Origin: Eledone cirrhosa
Taxonomy: Eukaryota
Direction of reading: 5' to 3'
DNA: 64,000 nt
Assembly: GCA_964016885.1 (NCBI GenBank)
Contig: OZ024743.1
Coordinates: 118,544,001-118,608,000, forward strand
Within the stretch, counting starts at the first letter, position 1. Every line of letters begins with the position of its first letter. Both the position numbers and the translations under genes were made by a program. Positions 36,300 to 52,324 of the stretch are shown here, one piece after another. Below the pieces are notes generated by a model, which was given only the letters and a program-made list of their open reading frames with translations, did no database searches and was not told the DNA's origin.

Positions 36300-39050
36300 C
36301 CACGTATACCGTATGACCAGTCCCAACACAACAGAGAAGAATCTCTCAAAATCTGCTGTTTTCTTCGGAGGGGCAACCAAAAGCACGGAAACACTAACTG
36401 TCAACGGAAATGAAAATGGGTGGCTAAGTCGATGCTAAAGAGGAGTGGGTCGCGGATTCAACCTCACAATTCTATCGATTTTGCTTGAAAACGCGTGAGG
36501 TTGTAAGGTAACATACAGTACATTTGGAGTAAATTCACCCCGTATGGAGCGTGGCACGGAGGCCCAGATCCAAACGGTTTAGGGTTGCATATAGAAACGC
36601 AAAACTGATTTTGTCCGTAGCAGAGGATTTGAGAATGTGAACGGACTTTACAAGGCCCCAGAGGAAGCCACACAACATCCCCTTACACCACTGAGGAATG
36701 AAAGATAAGAGCGCACCATGTGCCGCACACAATGGCTCTTCCCTGGCTAATGACAGGTGTCCTCATGGACGTTCATAGTAGAATAATTTCTAGACGTAAA
36801 GAAAATCAAACTGGAAAACTGTTCAGGATCGTGGATGGAACTACTCATCCAGACAAATAAAAAAAAATTAAGACCATCCCCGAGATAATATACTATGCGG
36901 ACGGCGCTCACCTCCCCGTGAATGTAAAGGGTAGAAGACGAAAGTGTCACAAGTGTGACGCAAAAAACACACCTGAAAGTTTTCTGCCCTCAGCAAAACA
37001 AGAATCAAACGAAACCCCCCTCTCCTGCCTACAATAAAATCCCACACTGGTAGTTAATCAATCATCTGTGGCCACAATACAAACAAAACACTCACTAACG
37101 TCAATAACATCAGCAACTATAGCAGGAGCTCCTAAACCATCTGCGACGCCAGATCCAATAACAACTCATGCAACAGCACCACAAGTGGAAGATATTCCCC
37201 TTCCCGACCTGGCACATTTGGACATGGAGTGTAATCATGGGGAGAGGTGGCAAACTAAAAATAAAATGGAAGAAAAAAGAACTAGAAAAATCACCTACAT
37301 AAGAAGAAAACACCCGAAAACGCATCACATTAGCACACAACAAAAAAACCAACATCAACCTCCTTACTACTACTCAATCCACCATCATCACTAATACCAC
37401 CACCACGAGCAACACCATCAGCCCCACCACCACAACCACCATCAACACCATAACAAGCACCAACGAGCAACAACAAACGCAGGCCCAACCAAAAAACACC
37501 AAACTCCACACATTACACAGTAATAACCAGAATTTAATGTCCCACATAAAACACAACACTACCATTGTAGAAACTGAATACATTGTAGAAACTGAATACA
37601 AAGGATACACTAATCACATTCATACATATAAATCATATAAATCATATATATCACATAAGGAACATACACTAAATAAAAAAGAAATATTCGCAAATTTCAA
37701 TGGAGACTTTCGGGCCAAATTATCTAAACGGATATACTCCGCCATCCTCGGGGAGAAGCCCTCAACTGGCCAGTGCGAGGAATCATCATTCCTCCCTCCA
37801 CACGAACAAGGTAAGTAAGCCTTTCTTAATTTACCTACTCGTTACCTAACATGGCCTTACTTAAAATCGGCAGAATAAATGCACATGGCCCTGGGTGATC
37901 TTGAAAGCAGAATCACTGGATTAATGACCTCAAATTACTGTACATAGATTCGGTAGATATCCACGAGACTAATATTTCCGAAACATGAGTCGTCGCAACC
38001 ATTTTCGACAGCTAAGATATGTACGCATGTCCAAGTCATCCGGGATATGGAGTCGGAGTCGCTGTGTTGTTTCGGAAAGAAATGGATCTCACGAGACAGA
38101 CCATCTTCTTGGACCCAGAAGGTACGTTGGTGCTGCTTAGACGTGACCAGCAGCGAAGCGTATGCTTTCAGGCTAGTGGCGGACTATGTCCTGACAGGGA
38201 TAGAACGGCTTAATTTCTTCCGGTGCTTGGAGACCTTCTATGGAGGGAATGTGTACATCGCGTTTGTCACCTACCACTTGACCGTCGCGCCTTCTCCTTC
38301 TCCACGTCTGACTGCGCTGGCGTATTTGCTCTTTCGCTTTTTGTGGAAGGTACGCATTCCAATGATCAGTTGGTCCATTGGCTGTCAATACACGCTGATT
38401 GGAGGCCTATGGTTGCTATGGCTGATGATGTGCAAAAATATTCTAGGGCTCCAAAATCTCCAACTTTTCCTTGATGGAGAACAGGAGTGGTCGCGGTGAA
38501 CAGGTGTGCTAGACATGTGTTTACAAAGCTCATGTCCTTGACATAGCTGCAATCCTGTTTCAATCGTAGACCGAGAGGGAGCGCTTCAAAATTTGAATGT
38601 TTAAGTGCTCACAGAACTCAGCTGATCGGACATTACAACCGGTGGAAACTCCACTTTGGCGTTTTATAAAGGTTAGGTGGCTTTACAAGCGACGACATTG
38701 TAGTAGAGGATCAAGTAGCCACTCTTTTTCGAGCCAAAGAACATGGATAATATCCAGAAATCCCTCGCATGGCAGTGCTACCGGGGAGAGCGGCATGGCC
38801 AATTCGAGATAAACACTACGTAAATGGAAGTACCGTCATCCGGACCTGTCTGAGATGAGTGCAGGGCTACGAAACCGCCCTGCAAGCTCGCGTCCAGTGT
38901 CGTATTGCTGACTTGTGGGTGTATGTCGGACACACGCTGTCACGTGTTGGACGGATCCGGATATCAGCTGACTCCACCGAGAAGATTACACCGCTAACTT
39001 CTTTTAGCCGCTATCATCTCTTTGGGGGAATTTATTTCGTTTGATTTTTA
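36300..39050 (+). mobile_element. Tx1/L1-like LINE relic: ORF1 with a zinc knuckle, ORF2 APE endonuclease and C-terminal CCHC, RT apparently deleted
   Basis: KCHKCDAK-THLKVFCP at about 36943 (one frameshift). MALLKIGRINAHG at 37851, then IHET, GVGVAVLFRK, DPEG and FRLVA.Y. C.R...ET..QA..QC....LW at about 38845-38920. Confidence 0.72.
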
Positions 39051-41270
39051 AATGACTACAATATTGTTTTGTTACAACATCTTTTACCCGAAAAACCCAC
39101 TGTATCCTCTAGTGTGGTCTTTATTGTTTGCTTAATATCAGCCCATAATAACGAAACCATTGCTGGCCTTGTGCCAAAAGTAGAAACAATTATTATTGTT
39201 ATTTTCTTCCTGGTCAAGAGAAGTCCGCGGCTGGCATTTGAAATATTATCCAGCTACTCAATTGTTTGTCAGCCGAAAAAATGCTTGTGGTGGTACGCGA
39301 ACGTTTGCATTCTACAGCGTTCTTGTATTGGGATAGAGCCACAAATCTGTTCAGCACGTAATTATTTTGTACAACTAATATTGGGTGTAAGGTGTATACG
39401 TTTCTTAGCTGAGTCGATGCAGAGGATTATTCAATCTCCTTCGTTTGCTAGGGAATATGAAGCAGACTTCCTTTGTTTGGTGCCTCTGGTAAACGAATTT
39501 ATATGGTGTACAATATTGATTGACAGGGCTGTTCACTTCCCTAGTAGCTGAGTTAGAAATTTGGGAAAGAAATCTATCATGGGTAAATAAAAGCTTCGGA
39601 TGAAATTGATTTATTCTTGAACTGTATAATAAAATTACTATTTCAAACAAATTTTCACCCATAGTATGACGAGAAAAGATTAGAAACTGATTATATTTCT
39701 TAAAACTATTTTAAAACATTAAAGACAGACTGTTAAGAATTTTTAAAGGAGAAAAAATGCCAACGAAATTTATTATTTATTTATTTATCTTTTCATAATT
39801 TTAAGTTTCTTGAATTTTGTCAAAGCTTTGCATGAACAGGAACAAATTTATGTTACATTAGTCTAGACCACACAAGTCTGCTCCGAACTAATTAGAAAAG
39901 TTGTAGAGTGAAGAGATCTCAAGATTGTTGCTAAAAAATGAATACTAACAACCTGCAGGTGTGGACATCTTTACATTTAAGATCAGAGAAAATACCAGAG
40001 ATACTGGATGTATGTTTTTTGTTTGTTATTTTCTCTTTGCTGTTTACATTAATGTAAAGACGAGGAGTCATTTTTTTGTGTAATGATCTCTTAATATTTC
40101 TACATTTATGATCATGTACACACATAGTGATGAGGGGCGACGTATCATATTTTGTTAAATGAAAACTTCAAGAAAAAATAAGACAGTTATATTACATTCT
40201 AGTATCACCACAAATATTTACAACCGCTATTACTGTTGCCTCTACAGCGAACAATCTTGGTAACAAATGGCTGAATGGGTTCAAATTTCAGTTATACGTA
40301 TTTTAAAGTTTTACCTAAATTATTTAATTTCTTTGGATTTCTTATTTTTCAGTTAACTTGCCGAGGACGAAGGATCTCTTTAAGTAATCAGTGAGGGCTT
40401 TCTCCACGTGGTCGCCCAATTAGCTATAAATAGCAATCAAGTAATCTTCGAACCATACCTTTACAACTAAAAAGGTTTTCATTGGGTGATATAATATTAT
40501 ATAACTAATGCAGGGGCTATGTTTAAACATTAAGACAGAATAACCAGGGTTGGTTGCATTGAGCGGGGCTGTACAAGAACAAGTACATCTACAACTATTA
40601 CAAAAACTATGTCATTTCTGTGTTGCAGTATTTTCATCCACTCCTACACGCCACAGTTGAATCTCAGTTTTTGCTATTGGCAAGGTAATCAACTTTTCTC
40701 GTCCATTCATAGTTAGTCTGTGTGAATGCTGCAATATAACGCCTCACCTAAATAGAAGGAACTGCAACGTGGTCACAAGTTGCTAGAAATAACTTACCAA
40801 TTGCACCGTAGCCTCATAAGAATAAGAAAGTTTGGATAATATTTGTGTATAATACAGAATGTTACTGGTTACTAACAGCCTTCGGGCGGTTTTCTGCTAG
40901 CATGTAGGGTGCATATTCATATTATACGCAAATATACATGCATGTAAATATGATACATCAAATAAAATCGTAATTGACAATTTGCACAGAAATTGAAGAG
41001 AGACTGTGTTACACTGTCTTCTGTAATTAGTAAAGTAATCCATGATACATTTAAAAAAGACGATATTATATAATATCTAGATTACGGTGAAATGTAATGA
41101 AAATGAAAAAGGAGAAAATTAGCGAAAGAAATATAAACGTTATGATATAACGATGTAAATTTATGAACGTGTATATAAGCGATATGATATAGCGTCCGTT
41201 ATATCAGAACCGGAAGTATTGGCATTTGAAAATCTTAAAAGAAGTGAATCTTAAAATAAGCAATCATTAT

Positions 41271-41455
41271 TGGCAGTATCGATAGAGGGTCGGACGCCAT
41301 GCTTTGCAGCAAAGAGTTACGGCCCTTTATGGTCTGAGTTCAAATCCCGCCGAGGTTAACTTTGCCTTTCATCCTTACGGGGTGGATAAAATAAAGTACC
41401 AGTAATGTACTGGGTAATCGCTGGCCTTGTGCCAAATGTAGAAACAATTATTTAT
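41271..41455 (+). mobile_element. SINE copy
   Basis: A box, B box, core and tail. Confidence 0.9.
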
Positions 41456-42603
41456 AAGAATATTTATGTTTAATCAACAGCTACTAAATTTAGTACATAA
41501 ATTATGAAAAATTCATTCATTATTCATTCAAAGTAATCCTACTTATTTTACAAACGGGATAAAACAATATAATCAGGACACAGTCCCACACACCTCCCTT
41601 TATTATATTATGATAAGGCGGTTGATGATAAATAGGTTTACACAATGATGGCACAACTCCGATCTAAAATAATCATAAATCCTTCTCAAATACAAAAAGA
41701 AACCGGTGTCGTAATACTGTAGCAAAATCGTTTTGTGTAATTTCCTACATAGTCAGAGATATTTTCAATATATTGCTCGGAAATGGATGTTACCTAGTAG
41801 AGCCCAATACTTGTTTGTTTCATACAATCACTAGATTGAGATGAGACACAAAACGGAAACCAGTACCGTTTGAACACAAATCCGAAGGTAACAAAACTAA
41901 ATAACGTAATGCATATACTCTTGCAATTAGCTACCTACACAAACAACTCCTCTATAATTATAATTTAATATATATTTATTTTATTTGTCTTGGTAAAACG
42001 CTAAAAAATTTCAAGGTACGTGGTATTATCATCAGTGAAATCGTTCTTAGTGAATTACTGGCATTGATTTTATCGAGCACAAAACAAATAGCAACCTTAC
42101 TGCTCGATAGTAGTGAAAACAATCTTGACGACCTCACTTTCAACTTAGAAAAGTCAGCCTAGCTTTATGCACAGGAATTTGGTAGGGCTGCTAATTAGAA
42201 CGATGAGTTATTCCTCGATGTTATTTCAAATTATTAATTAGTAGATTAATTCAATGAAAGTTAAATATTTCGAACAAGGATAGATTAGAAACAATTTGTA
42301 TAGATTCATTAATTTTACTACTATTGATATATAACACATTTTAGTATAACAAATCAGAACACGTAAAAGCTGTTGCATACATGCATAAATTTATAGATTT
42401 TGATAACGGTGATTCTTTTTCTAAAACTCAAAATTCTTGTTCGGTTTTCCTGTGAGTACACAGGTGAAAACTCAGAGTATCAAATCTCATCACTTTGTCA
42501 TAATAAAGAACGTTTAAATTCTATTCCGGTTTTGAGTATTCAATCACACGTCCTTCACTATCACATGGATATATTGGTATACATATATATACACACATAT
42601 TTA

Positions 42604-42850
<247 letters not shown>

Positions 42851-42863
42851 TATATATATATAT

Positions 42864-43126
42864 AACAAAGAGGGTATGGTAAGATACCAGGTGGACCATA
42901 ACGCACAAGAGTACTCAATACCTAGGGTAGTAGAGTGGTTAATAGGAAAAATGTCAGGACCCTAACGGCTGAGCCCCGGCCGTTTCGATAGCTAGATCCT
43001 GACTCTTTTCATATATATGTATATATATAGATATATATATAGATATCTATATATATACATATATATGAAAAGAGTCAGGACCCTAACAGGCTGAGCTCCG
43101 GCCGTTTCGACGGCTAGATCTGAACG
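42864..43126 (-). mobile_element. Short (TA)n-embedded element (family R5) with two hammerhead 3'-half-like motifs
   Basis: Homologous, in inverted orientation, to 46340-46471. GAAA-cggc-loop-gccg-TT-agggt. Confidence 0.6.
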
Positions 43127-43132
43127 TATATG

Positions 43133-43235
<103 letters not shown>

Positions 43236-44089
43236 GTGTGTGTGTTCATAAATATAGGAAAATGTAAACGTGATGTTTTCAGATAAAACTCGAACCCGAT
43301 ATCATATGGATATAGCAGTTATTATATATTTGCTGTCATATAATTCTTACTGCTATCACAAAATTCTAATGTCCATCTTTATCATGCCACGAAAGCAATT
43401 TATATCAGCACTAGCGCAACTGATGCACATCTCTGTTTAAATTGTTGTTTTTGTTGATTTTTCGCTATTTCGTTTCATTTCACGTAATCAAAGGGTGCCA
43501 TTTTCTGTTGACGCTATACATGAAACAGAATTTGAATACTGAATAATTTAATGTCGATACCCCAGTAGAATGCTTTTATCAAACTCGATACTCATTTCCT
43601 ATATTGACACTTTTTCGACAAAATGGTCAAATGAGATTGGCGTATCGTTCCTCTGCTAGTTTTCATCACTATACATATAACCTGATTACACAGATATCCC
43701 GCGTCAACATGATTAGATAAAAACTGGAGCCCTATGAGGTAGACATAGATAATTTATACGAATTATATTATAACTTATGATCTCCTCTGTGTTTTACGAG
43801 TAAATGTATTGCATTTCCATAAATAACTTACAGTATATACATATCATGATTCTGGTGATGAAACATTCCATGATTAATTGGCTAGCTGTGATTTAAAGAA
43901 TACTTAATCATGATCTACTTTGATAAACAGTTGGGCATACGAAATAATATTCGACTGGATGTTTTAGAGGAAAAATGATATTTAGAGATCTGGCTATCAA
44001 TACATGGACAGAGAATAAGCACTCCCACGATCTCTTTGCAGTCCACATTTATCTAATCTTTTCTCACCCCGCTCTCTCTAACCCTCTCT

Positions 44090-44278
<189 letters not shown>

Positions 44279-44949
44279 ATGTATATATATATATATATGT
44301 ATTTATATATATATATGTGTGTGTGTGTGTATTTATGTATATATACATATACATTCCTGTATAAATGCATGTCTGCGTATGTATATATAGGAGTGTATAT
44401 GTATATAATCATATCTGGACGCAAATGTTCAAATGCAGACAAAAATAATAATGGTAGATATGATGGATGGAATTTTCATTTCTAGGAGGAAAGAGAAACC
44501 TCAAAAGATTTGGTCTATGGAATCGATATGCATAAACGTTGTAGGGGCCAACTAAAAAACGAAAACACCTAGAGTGCTCCATCTTACAGAATGTAGCAGC
44601 TACCAAATTAGCAATTATGTTTACTCGAATATTCCTCTACTACAAAACGTGCTTGTAGCTGTTACGATAAGAGACCATTGGGTGCATTACTATCATTAAA
44701 GCAAACGTGTGTTACTGGAGCATATTGTGATCATATAGGTAGGTTTTCTCCTGTTGAATACTCAAAAAAATACTCCTTATAGAAATGATATTATAATTAA
44801 TAGGCGTATTGACATTGCCTACGACTTTGGAAAGCACAACACCAACAATATTTGCTGAAGATCTGTATTGTTAAATTCGGCTCAAGTTCACAATGTCCAT
44901 ACAAAATGGTTCTCGTTTGAGCATATACGTCATTTTATATAGGTATTTT

Positions 44950-45133
44950 GTGAATTGGCAGTGTCGGTAGAGGGTTGGAGGTCATGCTTTCTAGCATAGT
45001 TACGTCTCTTTACGGTGTGAGTTCAAATCCTGCCGAGGTTAACTTTGCCTTTCATCCTTACGGCGTCGATAAAATAAAGTACTATTAATGTACAGGGTGA
45101 TTGCTGGCCTTGTGCCAAAATTAGAAACAATTA
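44950..45133 (+). mobile_element. SINE copy
   Basis: A box, B box, core and tail. Confidence 0.9.
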
Positions 45134-46148
45134 TATATAGGTATTTCATCTATGTTTCACAAATATAAATGGCGATTTGTAATAGTTACTCATCGTAGAT
45201 ATAAGAACGAGAAAACGTATCTTCTAATGAACAGTTAATAAGCTTTACAATATAAAAACATCCCCTCTATGATTTTCTGTAAGGGAAGAATACCCAAATG
45301 TATTTACATTTGTTGAAATTTTATGATGAGTCTAATAATTTTGAACTACAGTTACTCATATAAATTTCAAATATAATTTCTGAGATACGTAATGTTGTGT
45401 ATAAATATCGTTTTTTTTTTTGTCTTTAGTTTAAAGCATCGTCAACAATTGCACTATATATAAATTAAACTGGAAATTTCAGTAAATCTATGATTTATGC
45501 TTGATATAAATGGGGATTTGCAACATGAACGCTTCGTAGTTATCACTAAGCTGTGTTGTATGTTCGTAGGGGGATAGTTGGCATGCGAGGTCGAGTAGTA
45601 TATATGTATGTGTATGTATACATGCAAATAAATTCTAAGGAACACTCAGTGTTTACTATTAAATCAATTGCTAACCTGCACTCATAATTCCCCTTAAACC
45701 AACCTATATTCCGTAGAACAATTACAGAGTGGCATCAAACAAAGCTATTATTATCTGCAACGACGACAACCCCATTTCGTAATAGGCCTTACTCTATCCT
45801 TTCCTTATATCTGTGAATAATAAACTCCCTAAAACGAATAAGATAAAGAAAAAGTAAACCCTATAATCCATTTAACCTATCATGAAGATAATCATATCTT
45901 ATCATATCATATATATTTGTTTTTCTTCCTCTCTCTCTCTATATATATATATTTTTGTTATTATCATTATTTTCACTATTTGTACACATATGCAACTTAA
46001 CAATATTCTGCATTTCCGCAATTGACAACGTATTTAATGCTGAAACCGGTATTGTAATTAAATTAAAGTTTTGAAATTTCACTAAAAAAATATCTTCAAC
46101 ATTTTCTACTGAAAAAATGTTTTTCCTTTCTACTATATGTTTATATGC

Positions 46149-46192
<44 letters not shown>

Positions 46193-46236
46193 AAATAGTA
46201 GAAAGGGAAAACATTTTTTCAGTACAAAATGTTGAA

Positions 46237-46275
<39 letters not shown>

Positions 46276-46278
<3 letters not shown>

Positions 46279-46469
46279 AAAATGTTTAACCCCGACGGCA
46301 GAACTCAAGCCATTTTGACGGCTATTTCTGGACTCCAGAAATAGCCGTCGAAACGGCTTGAACTCTGCCGTCAGGGTTAAACATTTTTCCTATTACCCAC
46401 TCTACTACCCTAAGTATTGAGTACCCTGGTGCGTTATGCTCCATCTGGTTCCTTACCACACCTCCTTCG

Positions 46470-46471
<2 letters not shown>
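46276..46471 (+). mobile_element. Family R5 element beginning with a 116-bp near-perfect palindrome
   Basis: 46276-46391 is self-complementary. It is flanked by (TA)n. Confidence 0.7.
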
Positions 46472-46519
<48 letters not shown>

Positions 46520-46539
46520 ATATATATATATATGGGAAC

Positions 46540-47400
46540 CAGAACCAGAATCATAACACAAACTCACACCATTCAAGTTGACTACGTACACGACGGTCTC
46601 CTAAAAGTAACTACGTCTATCTTGGTGTGTTCACAAAATTGCTGGGCAAGATTTGGTATCACTACAATCAACCAAGGGGAAACCGCAACCTCATGAAAAA
46701 AGGCCAAATACGAAACCCTAGTTATATTTTGGAGAATGAACTGAATTATGTACATAAACTGAAATTCCATGCATCCGGTGAAAAGTTTGCACAACGAAAT
46801 AATCCCGGGCAGAAATTGGAATGACAATATTGAGAACCATTTACACTGTATATATTTGAGTATAAATGAAGATATCCTATATTCAATTAAATTTGTGTGG
46901 CTTCAGCGTGAGATATAGTTCGATATTTCTGATCTCACAGAAGAAGTCGAAACATTTATGAAGAAGGTGTAATTATGTATTTCATACAGTATGTAGAAAA
47001 GTGACCAGTCATCGTTTAAAGAAAAAAACTGTGATACAGGATTGCAATTTGATGGAGAGTATGCAGATGCCCGAGGAAGAGAGGGCTCCATCAATTAATC
47101 TGTTCCCTGTGATAACGTATGTCAGTATAGAGTATATGCTGGCAAGAAGCATATCAAAATTCCTGGCAAAGATTACATTCATAAACACATTTGAAAAGCC
47201 TACTGTCACCCGATTCACAGACTGCCTTGAACACGTCCAGATGATTTGGAGCACCATTCAGCATGCTCAGGAAAAAGAAAGGACCTTTCGTTTGCCTGGC
47301 GTGACTTGCCAAATGCGTATGGATAAGTTCTCTATTAGCTGATACACTTATTATTATATGTTTTTGCATTACGAGGAGTGTGAATGACCTTCTAATGTGA
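46540..47400 (+). pseudogene. RLE-type (HERO-like) non-LTR RT relic
   Basis: F.DCLEHVQMIWSTIQHA, followed by a frameshifted W.DLPNAYG at about 47297-47325. Confidence 0.6.
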
Positions 47401-48059
47401 AACATTGAATTAATGGCAGGCCCTGAACATAGGTATCCATATATAACTTTTCTAAACGAGATTTTGATATCAATGAATTTTCTAACACAGCAATAAAGAA
47501 AAATTAGCAGTCGTCTGGAATTACATTCAAGCCTTATTTCACTTTTTTTCAGTATTAAAATATAATGGGGGCCTCGTTTCCTCTAAATGTTTTGAAAGCT
47601 ATAAGCACATTTGGACATCAATACAAGTGAATGTACAGTATTTTCCATTGCAATATGTGTATATATAGCAGCTCAAGAATTATAATACTTATGTGAATCT
47701 GTGTCTGTTTGTGTTTATGCGTGCGCATGTACATTTTGTTTGCAGTGTTTCGGTTCCCTTGATGTACCACATAGGAGTCTTCCTTGCACATCCCTTTATT
47801 GGCCCTTAAATACAATTCCTTCTTTACACAAAATAATCTATTTCTTGATCTTTCCCAGGTATCTTTTCAATATTTTTTCTTCCTTTCTTTTCCTTTTCTT
47901 TCCTCCTTTCTTGATTTGTTTTTTCTTCTTTCCTTTCTTTCCTTCATTTTTTTTCCTTTCCTTAGAATCTCTTTCTTTCTCTAGATAACAATCAACAACA
48001 CTTGGATTCTAAATAAGAAGCTAATTACATAAGTGTACACTGGAATATTTCTACATGTG

Positions 48060-48094
<35 letters not shown>

Positions 48095-48664
48095 CATGTG
48101 TTATATATATAAGAACTGGTGTGTTTTAAAAGAGCACATCTCAAATAAAAAATACCTAGTTCGATCTAATACCATTTTGTATTCGGAACGAGTCTTATAA
48201 AATAACATTGCGTCAAAAATTACATTACCATACTGGATTAGAATCCCATGTCTGATAAAACAGTGAAGTGACTCGGGCAGGTGCATTTTATAGTTTGAGG
48301 ACAACCGTAGCCATGCCTCTGAAACTGAGTAAACACAAATTGTATGGAGGCTTATCTACCTATAATTCAAAAGGCAATCATTGTTGCACACGTTGTCACA
48401 CTGGTACAGGATACAAGGTTGTTTTTCTATAACTTAGTGCATAGCAAGTTCAGTTGATCGAGCAACGAGAATAAACATTTTCGAGACCGATAGACATCCA
48501 ATTGCATTGTTTGCACTAGATAACAATATACAATCGTATGAATAATAACATTGCATACAATACATGTGTAATATTATGATTGCGTGTACTATGTAAAAAC
48601 AAACAAACAACATATGTATGTGTTAGCATATTTGTGTATATTTATCTCTCATTTTCTTTCCACA

Positions 48665-48780
<116 letters not shown>

Positions 48781-49378
48781 GACATACTTACACACACAAA
48801 TATTTTGATACAATTATGCATTTTATCTCAATATCTCTTATCTCCTCCCAATCTGTTGCTCTTTCCCATCGAATTTCTAGCCACCAACTTTCTCGTCCTA
48901 AACAACTCGCCTCTCTCTCTAACCTTCCCTTTTCCTCTTTTTCTCAACACGCTTTGCAATATATTTTCCGACATATATGATGTTATATAAGTACTTCCTC
49001 TTAATGGGGATCAAGAAATGATCATACATAAAAGCAGTTACTCTATAGATTGGAAGAGTATAGGCAACTTTATTTTATATAGAAATGGATTCTACAAGAC
49101 GAGAACAGTTTCATTTAAAGTGTTGTAAATGTCATTTCTATGAAAAAAAAGATATACATGCAAGCATACATACAGACACTCAGACATACATACATGCATA
49201 CATATATACATATATTGGAAAATTGTCTTTTCAATGAGGGAGTCTTTGGCTGCATACAAATCGGGGAAACTATGCAGTCGGGAGTTTTAATAAAAATTAG
49301 GTATATATTTTTCTATTTGTTAGAATAACGCTTAGAGTTGTTATATATATATATATATATATATATACATACATATAA

Positions 49379-49419
<41 letters not shown>

Positions 49420-49642
49420 CGTTGCAACCGGTTGCAACGTGTTTTGAAATATCTACTTCTGCGTTCACAGATTAACTTTTTTAGTTTTAGAAGATCCCGT
49501 TAAGGGTGAAAGCAGCGATTCTTTGCTTAAACTTTAATCTGTTATTTTAATAAATATTTGCTCTACGATTCTTATATATTTGATATATATTTATCCTTAT
49601 CAAGCCCTCTTTGGATTTTAGTCTTCAAATTTATTATTATTA

Positions 49643-49695
<53 letters not shown>

Positions 49696-49877
49696 TAGCT
49701 GCCTGATGAAATCATGGCACTACTTGCGCGGAATCACGTCGTCATTGAAATATGTAATACAGCCTTATCAATAAATGACTTTAACATACTTCGCACCTTT
49801 CTTAATCTTAATATATTCGGTCATTCCTATGTGGAAAAAGAAGGTCGAGAGCTTGAACCAAATTGCATCAATATTTA

Positions 49878-50673
<796 letters not shown>

Positions 50674-50728
50674 CATACATATATATATATATATATATAA
50701 AGAACATTCAACAAAAGAATATTGCATT

Positions 50729-50920
50729 ATAATGGTTTCTGTTAAGGCACAAGGCCACAAATTATCCCAGTGCATTACTGGTACTTTATTTTATCGACCC
50801 CGTAAGGATGAAAGGCAAAGTTAACCTCGGCCGGATTTGAACTCAGAATGGCAAGGGCCGTAACTCTATGCGTCAAAGCATGGCGTCTGACCCTCTACCG
50901 ATACTGTCAATCCACCGCCC
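50729..50920 (-). mobile_element. SINE copy with TSD attgcattataat
   Basis: Full head and tail. The TSD is on both sides. Confidence 0.9.
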
Positions 50921-51225
50921 TTATTGCATTATAATAATGTTATATTTATCGCTTAATGGAGTTGAAATCAGGCTTAATATTTCGGATGCTAGTCCTTTAT
51001 TAGAAAAACAGGGATAGGGTGTATGTTTCGGGAGAGAGAAGGAAAATGAAGAAGGACCATAGTAAAAAATAGTAAATAGAATGATATTAACAGTTTGATT
51101 TATTTATACAATACCAATGATTTCTTAGACCTAAACAGGCCGACGTCATTCAGATGTATATTAATGTTTACAGGTCTTTTTAAGAGTTGTGCAATTTCAT
51201 GAAAAAGATGAAATATTATGTGAAA

Positions 51226-51816
51226 TAATTGTTTCTACTTTTGGCACAAGGCCAGCAATTACCAAGTGCATTACTGGTACTTTATTTATACCCCGTGAGG
51301 ATGAAAGGCAAAGTTAACCTCGGCAGAATTTGAACTCAGAATGGCAAGGGACGTAACTCTATGCGTCAAAGCATGGCGTCCGACCCTCTACCAATACTGC
51401 CAATCCCCAGCCCATATTATGTGAAATAATTGTTTCTACTTTAGGAACAAGGCCAGCAATTACCCAGTACATTACTGGTACTTTATTTTATCGACCCCGT
51501 AAGGATGAAAGGCAAAGTTAATCTCGGCGGGATTTGAACTGAGACTGTAAAGGGACGTAACTCTGCTAGAAAACATGGCGTCCAACCCTCTACCGATACT
51601 GCCAATCCACCGCCCTACTATGTGAAATAATTGTTTCTACTTTAGGCACAAGGCCAGCAAATACCCAGTGCATTACTGGTACTTTATTTTATCGACCCCG
51701 TAAGGATGAAAGGCAAAGTCAACCTCGGCGGGATTTGAACTCAGATCGTAAAGGGACGTAATTATGATGGAAAGCATGGCGTCCGACCCTCTACTGATAC
51801 TGCCAATCCACCGCCC
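51226..51816 (-). mobile_element. Three head-to-tail SINEs separated by the repeated target TATGTGAAATAAT
   Basis: Copies at about 51226-51413, 51427-51615 and 51627-51816. Confidence 0.92.
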
Positions 51817-52202
51817 TACTATGTGAAATAATACTTTCAAATCAATAAAACTGTTTTCGGTCTCAAATGATACTGCGTTTTAATTAACGCGCATAAATTA
51901 ACGATATCATATTAACAACATTTAATCAATTGAACGATTAAGATTTTTATCCATACTGTGTATGTGTGTGTATCTGTAGCACCTTAGTCACTGGTTATTA
52001 TTATTATTTTACTTGGTAGATTAGGGGGAAACTGCAGCGCCCATGGCTTTTAAAGTATCTATAAACGTTAATAAATTCATACTTGAAAGCTAACTTTTTA
52101 ACCTGGGCAAAACCGGGTGTTCTACTTGCACACACACGCATACACACACAAACACACACACAGCCAACCCCCTCGCTATCTCCCTGTCTCTCTTTCCTTC
52201 CA

Positions 52203-52274
<72 letters not shown>

Positions 52275-52284
52275 CATATACTAT

Positions 52285-52324
<40 letters not shown>

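Noticed and set aside
41271-41350. tRNA-like A and B boxes
   Set aside because: They are SINE heads, not cloverleaf tRNA genes.
49699-49745. CTGATGA...GGAATCACGTC hammerhead-like string
   Set aside because: GAAA and the stems are too degenerate, and there is no second copy in the window.
51108-51156. Minus-strand CTGAATGA...GAAA with a hairpin
   Set aside because: The core spacing is wrong and stems I and III are unconvincing.
51214-51832. CRISPR-like regular spacing of a short repeat
   Set aside because: The spacers are homologous SINEs and the repeats are target duplications, in a eukaryotic context with no cas genes.
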